NCBI GenBank assembly: GCA_002633005.1
Contig: NMRA01000298.1
Span: 282,312-346,311 of the forward strand
DNA: 64,000 nucleotides
Origin: Phoronis australis
Taxonomy: Eukaryota; Animalia; Phoronida
Direction: 5' to 3'
The notes under the pieces are model-generated. The model was given only the letters and a program-made list of their open reading frames with translations, searched no databases and was not told the DNA's origin. Shown in pieces: positions 1 through 12,265 of this stretch (the first letter of the stretch is position 1; each line of letters starts with the position of its first letter). The translations under genes were made by a program, and so were the position numbers.

Positions 1-1165
1 GAATGCATCCCTGAACTTTTCACTAGCCTAGGTAGGTACGTGTAATGTGTGGTAATTTTAATTTCCTAAATAAGCAGAGTGGCCAATGCCTTATTTATTG
101 TTTACAATTTTATAAAAGAAGTCTGTAAAACAGACACCTGTCGGTGTTCTTGTGTCCTTAATAATAACTATAATGCCAATACAGATTGATTTAAAAACAC
201 GAGGCAAGAAATACCGTTTAAAAAAACTTTGCACTATTATATGGCACCAACTTTCATTTCCGCTCTATCTGTTCACAGATGTTAAAGTATCTGCAATTTT
301 ATTTCGGTTTATCTAATGATGTTAACATTTCTCAAATGGGAAATGGCACAGCCACTTCACGTGTGACAATGGTCTGTGAAAGCGTCGCAGCTTCGACACC
401 ATACTCACAGATTGAAGCATGATGTTGATTGTCGTCCACGTTGTCCGTCCTGTGGAACAATCTTTGATAAACTAGTGTTGAAATAGGTCCAGGTGTTGAA
501 CATTCGGCTCCGTTGAAGGTCAGGTACCACCGGGAACATCCGGGTGTGCTGTAGGACGACTCGTACTGCCGAAGATCTCCGCTGTACTGTACCGCTAGCA
601 TACTCTGTGATGACTTCTTGGTGTATGTGACCGACTGCGTACAACATTGAATTGATATGAAAATCTCACTGAATAAAAACATGAGCGTAATACAATAATA
701 TGAAAGTCATGCGATGTGCACCAGTTGGACCTACTCAGATTGTGCCAAATACAGCAGTTCGTATAACTAGCAAACACATTTGATGAGGTTTGCAACCCTG
801 GGTTTGACCTATGTGCAAGTGCAATTAAGTATGCAGATACGGATTAAGGGGTGCAGTGTCCGGTTGCAAAAGACAGTCCCAAATAGGAACTCAGTCAAGT
901 TTCCAAAATCTACTGCGTATTTGCTGACTTGTGAAAACACTGACTGTCCTATCTGATGCTGTTTGAGTATCATTACTTTGACAATTTTGTTTCAATACAA
1001 ATCAGGATTGAGCTCTACACTGAATTATCAATATTTTTGAAAATAAGTGGTGATCATTTCATGCAAAGCCCCAAATTAAAGGACTACGTCCCTAAATATT
1101 TTGATTGACTGGAAGACTCATTTTTTGTTATATTATTAGAAAAGGCCATTAGTCAAAAAAGATAA
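1..1165 (+). repeat. Segmental duplication copy 1 (pairs with 62005-63180)
   Basis: Colinear with 62005-63180. The exon is nearly identical; the intron flanks have many substitutions and indels. Confidence 0.93.
409..634 (-). CDS. Gene A exon 11: core of CTHRC1 C-terminal domain 3 (gene continues beyond left edge)
   Basis: gtacgcag|SVTYTKKSSQSMLAVQYSGDLRQYESSYSTPGCSRWYLTFNGAECSTPGPISTLVYQRLFHRTDNVDDNQHHASI T|gtgagt. 226 nt, phase 0 to 1. Confidence 0.92.
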
Positions 1166-2694
1166 AGATATATAAATCATATATATCATATCGCGGGTGT
1201 CTCGGAGGGCTCAACGAGCTCTGTGGAGCAGAATGAACACATTAATTAGTTCCACAGGTTTTAAAAAGGTAAAATTTGACTTAAAAAAGGATTAAAAATT
1301 TATTGCGTCATGCTTCTATTACTAAAATATATTCAAATCGTCGACATTCAACTCGTAGGCTACAGTTCACTGCACTCCCACCCCCCTTCATTTGTGGATT
1401 GTTTTTTAGACTACTGTGAATTTTTGAAACTTTTTAAGATATGTTTGTTTAATAATTGAAAATCAAAGTCAATTAGCATGTGAATGTTTTTCCAGTTAAG
1501 TGACAAATCGGGGAACTGCAGCCGTGTTCGAACACTAAGCAAAGGTCAATGGCATTTCATGTGAGTTGCGCATTGTTGGGGATAAAAATGTTTTGTTTGT
1601 TGAAACGTGTATTTTTTTTTCTTTTAACGGCCAGTAAAGCCGGTTCCGATTTCCTGTCGAGTTATGGTACGAAATGTGCTGTGGGTAATCACACGGCAAT
1701 TGCTCTTACTTTGCCTTAGTTTCTCGATATGGCGATAACGAAAAGACATTTGCCGATCTAAAAAGGTTTTTCTACTAATTCATTACCAGAAATGGTGCTG
1801 TTGTTGAAATTTGATGACCCATCGCGATGAGTTAGGGCACTCCAATAGTGTTGGCTGAGGGAGAGGCGGAGTATTCGTAATATGAACTTAGGATTGTATT
1901 ATTGTATCGTCATTCATGTATGCAAAGAACTGGTAAAATTTGGACAAAAATTATCATATTCGTATAATAAGAGCCAGTCAGAACCAGAATCAAAACCAAC
2001 CTAACAAAAGAATAATGCGTACATGTATACACGCTCACGGTGATATCAATACGTTTTCAAAGACAACAAGGCCGTCTTTCAGGAATCGTTCCTTAACTGA
2101 TGCCAAGGAATTCACGTCACGGAAATATACGGAAATAGCCGAGGACTTTTTATCTCGCCCGAGGTACAAAATTGTAGTTAAAAAGGCTTTTAGTTTGATA
2201 ACAGAGCAGATTTAAACATTATAAAATGTTACATATTGCTTAATGTCGTATAACTTTTAGAGTTTTTGAACAACAGTATACATGTATTAAGCCTTTGAGA
2301 TAAGGAATTTAATCAATTTTGCTGTGTCACTTGGTCAGTTTGGTTTCCGTTTTGTCAAGCCATAATGAAAATAATAGCAAGAAATTGGCGTAACCTATCT
2401 TTCTATTTTGAAAATCAGTGCAATCTAATGAGATTTTTAACTAACTAATTACACACCATATCTAACAAAGTTTGAACACGTCAAAAGTACCGTTGCTTGA
2501 ACTGCCATTTTTGTAGATTTCTCTGCAAAAGAATCTTGACTCAACGCTTTTGAACAAATATCCAAGTCGGGTTAAACAACATGTTGGTCAGAGATCACGT
2601 GCTAAAAAAGCGAAGTGTTCGCGTAAGTTAGAAAGATACATGGATGCGCTTTAAGACCAGGCACATTCACCTTCCGACTGGACTATTTACTCAC

Positions 2695-2801
2695 AAACGC
2701 TCCGATATGCCCGCTGTCTGTACCGTCGTTCACTGCCCACCACCACCATTGGTGAAAGTTGTACTCGGGCAGACGCTGGATACTACCGTCACGTGTCACA
2801 A
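2695..2801 (-). CDS. Gene A exon 10: start of CTHRC1 C-terminal domain 3
   Basis: ttttccaacag|(V)VTRDGSIQRLPEYNFHQWWWWAVNDGTDSGHIGAF|gtgagt. 107 nt, phase 1 to 0. Confidence 0.87.
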
Positions 2802-2889
2802 CTGTTGGAAAAAATAAAATACAATGTGCTAGGCATTCCCTACAAATCATAATAAAAAATCGTTTGAGCCCGACGGCGTAACATACCAG

Positions 2890-3290
2890 GGCCCGGTCTC
2901 CAATCTTTTTACTCGAAATGGAACTCGAAATTAGGTTTGGCATTTTGTACTCTACTTTTGGGCGAACTCAAGATAAGTGTCTATTATTCTATGCTCGAGT
3001 ACACAATAACTTACGTAGATAATTTATTGCCCTTAGTTCACAATTTGTAAACCCAATATTAAAGCAATAAGTTCGAGTTTGAACTCGAAATTTCGAGTTT
3101 TTACTCGAGTTTGTAGCACGAATATAAGGGTCTTCAAGGGCAAATTTGAACTAGAAACTTCTATGTATAAACTGTAATGTATTCGAGCACAGTCTGATAA
3201 CCAATTATCTTAAGTTTGCACAAAAGGAGCAGAGAAATTGACAAAAATAGTTTCGAGTTCGTTTCGAGTACAAAGATTAGAGACCGGGCC
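2890..3290. mobile_element. PIF/Harbinger-type MITE
   Basis: About 40-bp TIR GGCCCGGTCTC(C/T)AATCTTT(T/G)TACTCGAAA with CAG on both flanks (CWG-type 3-bp TSD). Internal ACTCGAAA repeats. Decayed relatives near 10970-11280 and 16280-16410. Confidence 0.8.
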
Positions 3291-3532
3291 CAGATGCCCT
3301 CATGTTTCTCATAATTGCATATGTATATACCCTGTAAGGCTCACAAAGTAGGAAATCAAAAATTACTGTGACAGCGCATGTTTGAACACTCAGTGAAACA
3401 GCATTTTGCCGTCCGTGAAGTATTTCTAACTGTATGATTTTATAAATGCCAAACAAAGACAAATGAGGTAAAAGCACCATCAAAACATGTACTTCCAGAA
3501 TTTAAAACTCGATTTCGTTTAAACATCTGTAC

Positions 3533-3685
3533 CTGCACTGATGTCAAGGTCGTAACGAATCTCCTCCACGATGATTTTACTTCTGGAGTTCCAGCCCGTG
3601 TAGCCATCCATTGAACCTGACTTTCTGGCAATGTGAATCTGAATGGATCTCCGTCCTGCTGCGATGTTATCGCACAATCCTTCAA
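3533..3685 (-). CDS. Gene A exon 9: end of CTHRC1 C-terminal domain 2
   Basis: ttctggcag|(I)EGLCDNIAAGRRSIQIHIARKSGSMDGYTGWNSRSKIIVEEIRYDLDISA G|gtacag. Very close to CTHRC1 EGLCEGIGAG...STGWNSVSRIIIEE. 153 nt, phase 1 to 1. This frame is not in the ORF track. Confidence 0.92.
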
Positions 3686-4744
3686 CTGCCAGAACAAACA
3701 GAAACCATAAATTTTTGGATAAAATTGTTTTATATGTTTCACGGTGTCTTTAGAGTTCCAGAAAGGTTAGAAATCCTGCTGTCTAGAGGCATCTCAAGTT
3801 AAACTGACCTTTTAGTTTTCTTAAATCTTAGAGCCCGGAAAGACCACAGCGGTGGATGCAATGTTACTCGACTGGTGAAAGACGGAATGCCTTTTACGTC
3901 TGATCATCAAACGTCTGGGGAAAATGCTGAATAAAGGAGCAATGCTTACCACTTTAGCTCCGCGGTCAAACGATCGAAATATAGGAAAATTTGAATAGAC
4001 GTTTTGGCAGGTTTCACGTCGTATTTCGTTAAAGACGTTGCTGATTATTGTAAAACCTCTTCTGCATTAAGGACTTGCCTTTACGGAATTGCTATGGTAA
4101 TAAATCTTATCACGGTAGTCTATATTTTACGTTCTGATTAATCTTTGAAGAACACACTAAGGAAACCCTGAGAGAACCACAAAAGTCGGCCACCATGTCG
4201 CCACTGGCAGGCTAACAATATAATGGCTGTCAAATTGCAGCAAGTTTACTTTAGTAAATTTGCTGTTAGAAATTATCTCTATTTTTAATAAAATTATCAG
4301 AGAATGTAGTTCTGTTTAAGGAATGCATTTCTATCAATCAGACCAAAGCAATGTCACTGCAGGGTAAAATGGTTCTTTATTCTCTTGGCATGTTGCTACA
4401 TGTAGCACGTGTGCTTCCTGGGTTTAAATTGCTAGTTTCTAAAGAGAAATGAAAATAATACGGTTGTAGATTTTTAGTTCATTCAGGTGTTTTCATGATG
4501 AAGAAAAATTTCACGGCATCAACTGTTACATGTATAATCCTATAATGCGATCGTTCATATTGGTCACACTCGGGGATTTAAACTGCACCCTCTCTCGGTA
4601 AAATCAAAACAAAACAATACTACAGAAACGAGATGGCACTAGAAGCTGAATGCATTGCAACGGAACGGACAGTCATGTGTTTCTCAGATTTTTTTCAAGT
4701 AAGACTTGAGGAACTTCGGATTCTTCTGTACCGTCTGTGCTTAA

Positions 4745-4953
4745 AGGCGAAGGCAACATTTTTGTGTAACTTTTAGCAAAATTAGGTTCGTTGATTTTTC
4801 CAGATATATTTTTCACTTAATTACACCTTTTTAAAACTTAATCAATTACTCGTCCTTTACTCCGGAAGTGACGTTTTGGGAGACAATAATTTTGCGCCAT
4901 TTTCATTTCATATAGTCAGAATGTGAGAATTGAAAAAGAAAATGTCTTTGCCT
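4745..4953. mobile_element. Small TTAA-flanked MITE (Kolobok-like)
   Basis: ttaa|aggcgaaggcaacatt ... aatgtctttgcct|ttaa. The TIR is imperfect. Confidence 0.5.
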
Positions 4954-5299
4954 TTAAGAAATAACTTCATGATGAATGCAGGAATAAACAGAGAACGAAA
5001 CCTAAGCCAAGCAAGACGTCAACATCAAATTTCCTAGTTTTGAAATTGACAACAAAAACGATTTGGCAATTGGTATATAGTAACTGTCAACACGTGTTCA
5101 GTAGAGATCAATAATATTTAACTCGGCAGGGTGCAACGAGCCTGCATTCGGAGGTCTAAAGGACGGCAATTAGTGTTTGCCAGCAAGCCTGCATCATCGA
5201 ACGTCAGCCATTGGGAGGTGTCCAGAAGCCCTCCTTCAGACGTTCAGGGAGTTAGAAGACAAAACATTTTGAACGTAAGGTATATTCCCGTTCACTTAC

Positions 5300-5501
5300 T
5301 TCCTCCGGTTCCATCATGGGTGTGGTCAACAACGTTGCCGTCCCAGTGAGCGTAAATGCCATCTATGAGGCCAGGACTAGTACAATCGTGGCCGTCAAAC
5401 CGAATAAAGTAGCGCAGAGCGCCTTGTTGGTACATGTAAATATTGGAATGAAATAGAACGCGAATGGCAGTGTCGGATGCTCTTTTGTAGTAGTTGTACG
5501 T
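5300..5501 (-). CDS. Gene A exon 8: core of CTHRC1 C-terminal domain 2
   Basis: gtatttcag|TYNYYKRASDTAIRVLFHSNIYMYQQGALRYFIRFDGHDCTSPGLIDGIYAHWDGNVVDHTHDGTGG A|gtaagt. 202 nt, phase 0 to 1. Confidence 0.9.
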
Positions 5502-7406
5502 CTGAAATACAGCCGGATACTTTGTGAGGCAACAAATGCAGCAATGCAAGTTCAAAGTATAGGATTACGGTTATCCCAAAATGGCACCCTAGCCTTTGCT
5601 CCTTAAATATTTACTTCGAAATAATTAACAGTAGTAAAGAATTCTTTTCAATACAAATCTATTGTGAGTAGATGACGTTTCTACCAAACTGGGAAATGGT
5701 AATGATCGTTCGCTGCCTTTTGGGGGCCTGTTTAAAATTCGCTTTAAGAACACTTGCAGGCAGGGAGAAAAGTTGTCAATCATTTCACTACGTGCGTCAC
5801 TAGAGATGCATGTTACTGATGTTATCAGTGGTTCCTCTCGTTAGTTCCTCAATGCTGTTTGGACTATTGGTATAAATGACATTCCAAATATCTTCGTAAA
5901 TATACGTTAAGAGGACTCAAACCCAGGGCTGATGATCTACCATACAAATCCTTAAAAACTTACCAAACGCAGTAAGATAAAAGTGTCTCTTAAGTTTTTG
6001 CTTCTTAATAAACTTGTAGACCACGTGGGAAGGGGGTAAATAGCAACTACTTTGTAAAGGTGATGACAGATATTTTCATTTAATTGTATAAAAATGCATA
6101 AACTAAGAATGAAATGTCAGTAGGTGGTGAGTCGAAGTTGAAGTAGCACCAGTGACGCAATGGGCTTACCCGAAGAAATGCAAACAGTCATGAGACCCTG
6201 ATTGGACTAGCGCCACCACAATGTGTGAGCATCGAGATCGGCAAATAGCCAATCGATATTCAATATTTGATGCTCACCCAGAACCATTACTTTTTTAACA
6301 TCTGAGTAGGTCAAGGGCATTTCTTACACTAACGCCACATCGTGACCCTCGAGTTTCCTTTACACCTGACCACGGTTTCGTCCAACATCTTAAATGCGTA
6401 CATGCATCTAGGTAGAGTGAAAAGACAACTTCACATCCGTTTCCCAAGAAAGTTGACGGGAGAGTAAGAGATATTCAAACATTGTCGACGGACATCGACT
6501 GGATTGTCGAAAGATTACTATTATGCCATTCCCTAGGTATTCAAAATTAATAAAATCTCTAGCAGGGCCACCTGTGGCCGATTTTGGAGAGCGGTAAAAA
6601 ATGCCGATGATTGTAATATTAATCCGGTCATTTTCAAGGCCAGCCATGTCCACAACCTGGTCACTGCATATACTGTTTGTTAGCCCTCATTACTAACAAA
6701 GAACTATTGCAAAGTCTTACCTCCATTGCAATTGCAATTTTTTGGTCTCTCACCCCGGCATCGTCTGACCAGTGACACCGCGACTTTTACGATAAAAAGA
6801 ATTTTGTGTCCAAACAACCCACCAAGCTTATATTCCATGCGGATGGCAGCAGCGTACATGTACCTGTATTGTCGAATGCTGTGTGCTCCATTTACTCGCT
6901 GTTTCAAGATCAACCTGCATTTGGTGGTCGGGCTCAATAGATTGCAGTGTCATAACGGCTTGTTCACTCTACCTAGTTTTCCACCTGGCGAGTGCGCGCG
7001 CGCTGCGCATGCTTAACTCGAAACCGTGGACTTGCGCATTGAAAGAGCTAGCGGCTAGTTCAGTCAACTGTTGACGCATTTCAATTGCGTGGCCTGAGCT
7101 GTCACCTCTGCTATAGTTCTATGGGTCGCGGAAAAGGCAAAAATAGTTAATACAAAAATCAACTCTAACTCGTGATTTTGCCCTTTCCGCGCACTTAGCT
7201 ATATGTAGTTTGATTTTCCATACGCGATTGATTTTTGCGAATTAGATTCAATTTTTATGAATTAGGATTGATTTTCTAAGCAAGATTGATTTTTGCGAAT
7301 TAGGTTCGATTCTTTTATTAACTATTTCTTGCCCTTTCCACAGACAATATCGTTCACTTGAACCAGGCAGCTCAGCTCGCAACATTCCGTCTGCGGTGGT
7401 GCTTAC

Positions 7407-7489
7407 ATAGATATGACCGTTGTCTGCTCCATTCACACCAGTCCACGTGTATTGTTTGATGTTGAATCTGGATAATTTCGGACAAGTTC
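7407..7489 (-). CDS. Gene A exon 7: start of CTHRC1 C-terminal domain 2
   Basis: cattttag|(G)TCPKLSRFNIKQYTWTGVNGADNGHIY|gtaagc. 83 nt, phase 1 to 0. Confidence 0.88.
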
Positions 7490-8122
7490 CTAAAATGAAA
7501 ATTCACGTTATTCGATTAAAGTTTTAACTTAAGAGCTGTACGGAAACTATGTTCTAAACGTGAATGTATCAATCGTGAAATGCGAATTGAAATATGGTTA
7601 ATTGCTTAAGTGCACTTAGACACGCACCTCAAAAGCGGGGCAGGCTGGATTAAGTGTGGAGACGAGGGCAAACGGCAACGGGAATAGAAGGAGAGGGGGC
7701 GAACGGTGAAGACACAGGGAGTGCGCTGTAAAATTTTGAGGTCTATGAGGTACATGCTTATAAAATTTACATATAACGATTCATATATGAATTTTGTCGC
7801 TTGTCTGCATGCAGCTACATGTACATGTGTCTGGCGGGTTAATCCACGGATTGCTTTTCAAAATATGGGCTAAAATTGGATGAGATAATTGTGGTCGTAA
7901 ACCAACCCGCCTGTTTAGCGCGGAGTTTCAAATTCAAAACACGAACAATAAGAAAAGCAAGTAACCAAAAATGGCTTTAAAATTAGAAAAGTAAATAGTA
8001 GCCGCCTTTTAATTTTTAAAGTCAACGCATTATAAGACAAATAAAAGTATAGGTTTTCTTCAGCATAGCGGCTAAACCACGAGCATTAAATTGTTAATCG
8101 ATTGGAACCGGTTAGTTGCAGT

Positions 8123-8410
8123 CTGGCTTAGGCTCGCTTAGGCGTTGGGGGTACAAAACCCCCGCATGGTGGTGTAGGAGTTGTCTCATGCACCAACCCT
8201 ACCCTACATCGTAGCAAAATTTTGCCGTCAGTGAGGCTTTTGGTTGGCTTCAAGGTATTTCAGACATTTATTGCCACACTAATGCGTGGAAGTTGTCCCG
8301 CACCACCCCCGAGCCCCCGCACTCATCAACGTTGTGGTCTTCATGGGTGAGGTCGTTGTCATCCCTCTAGCCGTCCCCCGATGGTTTGATATTGCCCGGC
8401 TACATCCTTT
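8123..8410. repeat. GC-richer dispersed repeat of unknown class; diverged partial copy at about 25550-25625
   Basis: tggcttaggctcgcttaggcgttgggggtacaaaacccc at 8124 resembles tggcttaagctagcttagacattggggttacaaaattccc at 25551. The right boundary is approximate. Confidence 0.45.
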
Positions 8411-8720
8411 GTAGCGCCGTGACGTGTCTGGAGTGACGCTGCCAGTTTCAACGCTATGAAAACGGGAAGTTATGATGCGGACGCGATTAAGCATGACGAA
8501 TAATGATGATGTACTGAACGTTTTCATGCCGTGAAGGGGTAGTGGCACCGTTATTGAACAGCATAGCCTGTTGCTCCAAAATGGAGTCGAGTGGAATGTC
8601 CAAGTGATTAGACTTGCCATTTTAACCCCTCTAGTTGAACCAAGGCAGCACACAAGCAGATAATGAAAGGTGCAGCAAAATATATAGCTCTAATCAACGG
8701 TGTTGTTAAATGCTCCTTAC

Positions 8721-8888
8721 CCGGGCACTGTCCCCATCTCCCATCGCTGTCGTAATTAGAAGTGGTCGCGCACCACGGTTGATTGTGATCCGCCTCAATG
8801 CAAGCACTGTACGACATGCCTTTGTAAACGAAGGGAAACGTGCACGATGAGCCACCGGCATTACCTCCATAAGTTGGCAGGTTAGTAT
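8721..8888 (-). CDS. Gene A exon 6: fibronectin type II (FN2) domain
   Basis: ttttcacag|(D)TNLPTYGGNAGGSSCTFPFVYKGMSYSACIEADHNQPWCATTSNYDSDGRWGQCP G|gtaagg. Canonical FN2 signature CxFPFxYxG...C...WCATTxNYDxDxxWGxC. Symmetric phase 1-1 exon, 168 nt. Confidence 0.95.
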
Positions 8889-9398
8889 CTGTGAAAAGTG
8901 ATATATCAATCCGTTTCGTGACGTACATTATGGTGCAAAGAGATTTGACATAATTGGATTATTTACAATTGGCTAAGCTTGTATTGCAATCACGTGTTTC
9001 CTGTTTGTTTTTGAATCGTTGAGTATCAGATCAGCTATGAGGAGAATATCCGTGGACCTGAGCTCCCTATCATGGTGTCATATCTACATGAGAATGGTTG
9101 GTGTCGGTTTAAAACCGTTTTAGCCGGATGATGGCACGACAAGCACACGAGCCTTTACCTGGACAATTTGATTAGACTCACGTTTTTCAACAATGATGAT
9201 ATCCATTTGTCTTCGGGAGGTTTTAAAGACATGCTTCCCTGCTCTCCTTGCTTCAACTTTGTCACTAGCAAGACGTTTTACACATGGAGAAATGTTTGTA
9301 CAAAGCAATTAATGTTGGCAGCCACTTCGCCCTATTTGCTGTGAGTTCATACATGTACCACGTGACTGCGTTGTGCGATAAGGACAAGTGCCACTCAC

Positions 9399-9554
9399 CG
9401 AAAGATCGTCTCAGGTCATTTTCTTCTACAGTCATGGACACACCGTTGCCACCCCAGCCCGTCTGACCATCCACCACATTGTATCCACTGCATGTACCGA
9501 TACGAAACTTGACCACGATGTCACCGGAGATTGGTAAATCACAGATACCATCAA
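9399..9554 (-). CDS. Gene A exon 5: end of CTHRC1 C-terminal domain 1
   Basis: aatttcag|(V)DGICDLPISGDIVVKFRIGTCSGYNVVDGQTGWGGNGVSMTVEENDLRRSF G|gtgagt. Matches CTHRC1 EGLC...GTC...TGW...IEE. 156 nt, phase 1 to 1. Confidence 0.92.
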
Positions 9555-9724
9555 CTGAAATTGCAAAAGCAGATGAATACATGACTTAAAATACGGAAGG
9601 ATGGCTGGGTGGTTACCATTGTCTTACCGATCGAACTGTTGACGTAAATAGCTACAGGAGCTAACAATAATCCATATAAAATCCTTTCAGTTGCAACACA
9701 GATGCAAACATATCAGACTCTTAC

Positions 9725-9923
9725 CGTTGGCAGGGCGATAATCATCCCTTGCTACGCCTTTGTACCACACTATCTCAATCTTCCCAGGCGAAGAGCATTC
9801 TTGATCGTTGAAAGTGAAGTACCAACGATTGCAGCAACCTCCGCAGTTATAACCGGCGCGAATGATACCTCGGAAACGCACTCTCAGTGAGGTGAAGGAG
9901 TATTGTTTCTTGAAAGTTTTTGT
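9725..9923 (-). CDS. Gene A exon 4: core of CTHRC1 C-terminal domain 1
   Basis: atgtttcag|TKTFKKQYSFTSLRVRFRGIIRAGYNCGGCCNRWYFTFNDQECSSPGKIEIVWYKGVARDDYRPAN G|gtaaga. Matches the CTHRC1 motif CCQRWYFTFNGAECSGP. 199 nt, phase 0 to 1. Confidence 0.93.
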
Positions 9924-11888
9924 CTGAAACATAGAGGCAGTAGAGTGCATAGCAACGGTAGCTTCAGTCAAGGTAGTTTGTTGCATTCGCCTAGTACACT
10001 TTTGACGGAGTCACTATAAGATCAAGGTATCTGTCCTCTTAAAAAGGGGCCCACTTGTATTAAGTTTCCACTACTTTTTGAGATAACTTTTCGGATAAAC
10101 TCTCTAAGTATTCCGACAAGACGTTTATCTAAGCTCAGCATAATCCGACACAGTGGTCTCAACGTCTGTCTAGTTTATTTTGAAAACTTCCGCAAAGCCC
10201 CGCGGGAACAATTTATTTAAGCTTGAAGCAGTTAAAGATAGGCCATGTCGTCACAAATGACACCAGTTCACAAATAAATATTAAACCCTTCTCTTAATTC
10301 ATTAAGTAAGAGTGGGAATCCTTTGTAGAGTTTGGAACTAGCGGAGAGAACTGTGCTGTATGGATTTTTGTCGGGAATTCATCCCTTTGCACGGAAACTG
10401 GTCATGAATGCGTCACCCTATTGTGAGGCACGTCTCGTAGCTTTTCCATGGAAGTATATTCCCCCCGGATTCACAGAACTGTACCAACGCTTGACATTCT
10501 GGCAACGAAAATGGGGAGCATTCATACTGACAGGATGACATCACCACTGCTAATACGCTGTATATCGTTTTACAACTGTTCATTCGGACATCATAGCTGT
10601 TCAATTAACTATCAGTGGCCGTCTGATTCCTCAGTTTAGGTATTGTGTGCGCTGCTGGGGTCTCGGTCTCAGTACCGAAACAAGGTCATACGTTACACTA
10701 GCGGGACCTTTTGTCATCCCCGCTTTGCAATTACTAGCCTAACTCAACGCACTAATGTGTCTTTCTCGAACTGACAAAGAGGCAAATTCATGAACTGAAA
10801 TCACTCCGCGTTCATTTCGTCAACTTAATGATCATCTTTTATGACGTGTAAGCCAATGGCTCAGAATACCCAAATAAGGCAAACGGTTTGCCAAACACTT
10901 GCAGGAAAAGCATTTAAGAACTCGGCTTCGCCAGAGAGAATAAAGAAAGGAAAATTTGCAACGGTCCAGAATCAAATTGTTTTACTCGAAATCGAAGTCG
11001 AGTTGCATTATACGTTCTAATTGGATTAAAATTCAAAAACTGTCTATGATTCTGTGCTTAAATACATGTATATTATGGTTTACATACATGTAGGTAATTG
11101 CGTAATTATATTTTGCACTTGGTGACCGTAGAATTAAAGCCATGAGTTCCCGTCTGAACTCGAAATCTGGAGTTTTTACCTTAAATCTAGTGTCTCTAAT
11201 CCTGTCTGTACCTCAGATCTTAGAGTTATTAAGTACACTCATCCACGTAAACCATAATTTCTTCGAGTACAGAATTAAAAACGCTCTGTGTTTGTAATTA
11301 AGTAGTCAAATATAGGTACATGTTAAAAGACTTCAATTTCACGTGAAAATGAACCTCCGTATTCAAAATAAATGATTGCATTAAAGCATTGATTACATTG
11401 TTATAGAGTCACCAAGTCAAATTATCAACTTCATTTCCCAAAAAATGAAGGTTATCGCATGAGCTAACACATACAATAAAGAAGTAAAAATGTGTCAACT
11501 TCAATCTTAAACCTATCAAAGTTATGGAAGAGGGAATATTACGCAATCAGTAAATTCACCAATCGAGTCCCAATGTGGATGTCGGAAATCAAAGTGCTGC
11601 TGTCTGTCCGGAAACAAGTTTCGGTTTAAGGCACTTATTGATATCACATTGGTTGTTTCTTGTTCCTTAAAAGCGATCTCCGGACTAGAAAAACACTGAC
11701 GATCTGTGACTTCTTCAGGTATCAGCAATAAAAACTTTTGAAGTCTTGTAATCACATCTAATTTGATTAAATGAAGGAAAAGTTTTAGAGTATTCCCATA
11801 GTGATGCCCTGCCGAAATCAAAACTCGTTTTTGGCAGAACTGTGGCAATGAATGAGGCTTTCAGATTGGGAAAAATCTCAAGACTTAC

Positions 11889-11983
11889 CAATAAAGCTGC
11901 GTTGTCGCTACCGGAACTGTAGTCCTTGTAGTAGTAATGTCTGATGTTAGCAACCGGAATTTCGTCACACTCTTTATATGGCG
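11889..11983 (-). CDS. Gene A exon 3: start of CTHRC1 C-terminal domain 1
   Basis: caacacag|(A)PYKECDEIPVANIRHYYYKDYSSGSDNAALL|gtaagt. 95 nt, phase 1 to 0. Aligns with exons 7 and 10 and with CTHRC1 NYKQCSW...DLGKI. Confidence 0.8.
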
Positions 11984-12265
11984 CTGTGTTGGGCAAGAAA
12001 ACATTAATATTGGACGTTGGTTTGATAAAAACTCATGTCTTGGGAGTATCAACATATTTCTACATTTAGGCATTTGTACATAAAGATTCAATGACAATTA
12101 TTCACATGTGTCTACTGATACATTTACATATCAAATGGAAACAAACACTGTGATTGAACCACTGACTTTGATTATTGACCACGCCTTTTGTTGAACGGTA
12201 AATTGGTCTGCTAGGAAGAGGATGGGCTCCCCAATCACTCCTACTATCCGTAACGGATCCGACAC

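Noticed and set aside
8279-8653. 124-aa minus-strand ORF with a possible phase-1 acceptor near 8428 (alternative terminal exon after FN2)
   Set aside because: It overlaps a dispersed repeat and has a weak polypyrimidine tract and no domain similarity. Exon 7 continues the frame cleanly. It cannot be fully excluded without RNA data.
10413-10604. Cys-containing minus-strand ORF (CQYEC...CQALVQFC) inside gene A
   Set aside because: It would interrupt CTHRC1_C domain 1 between two exons that already join in phase 0, and I found no convincing splice pair.
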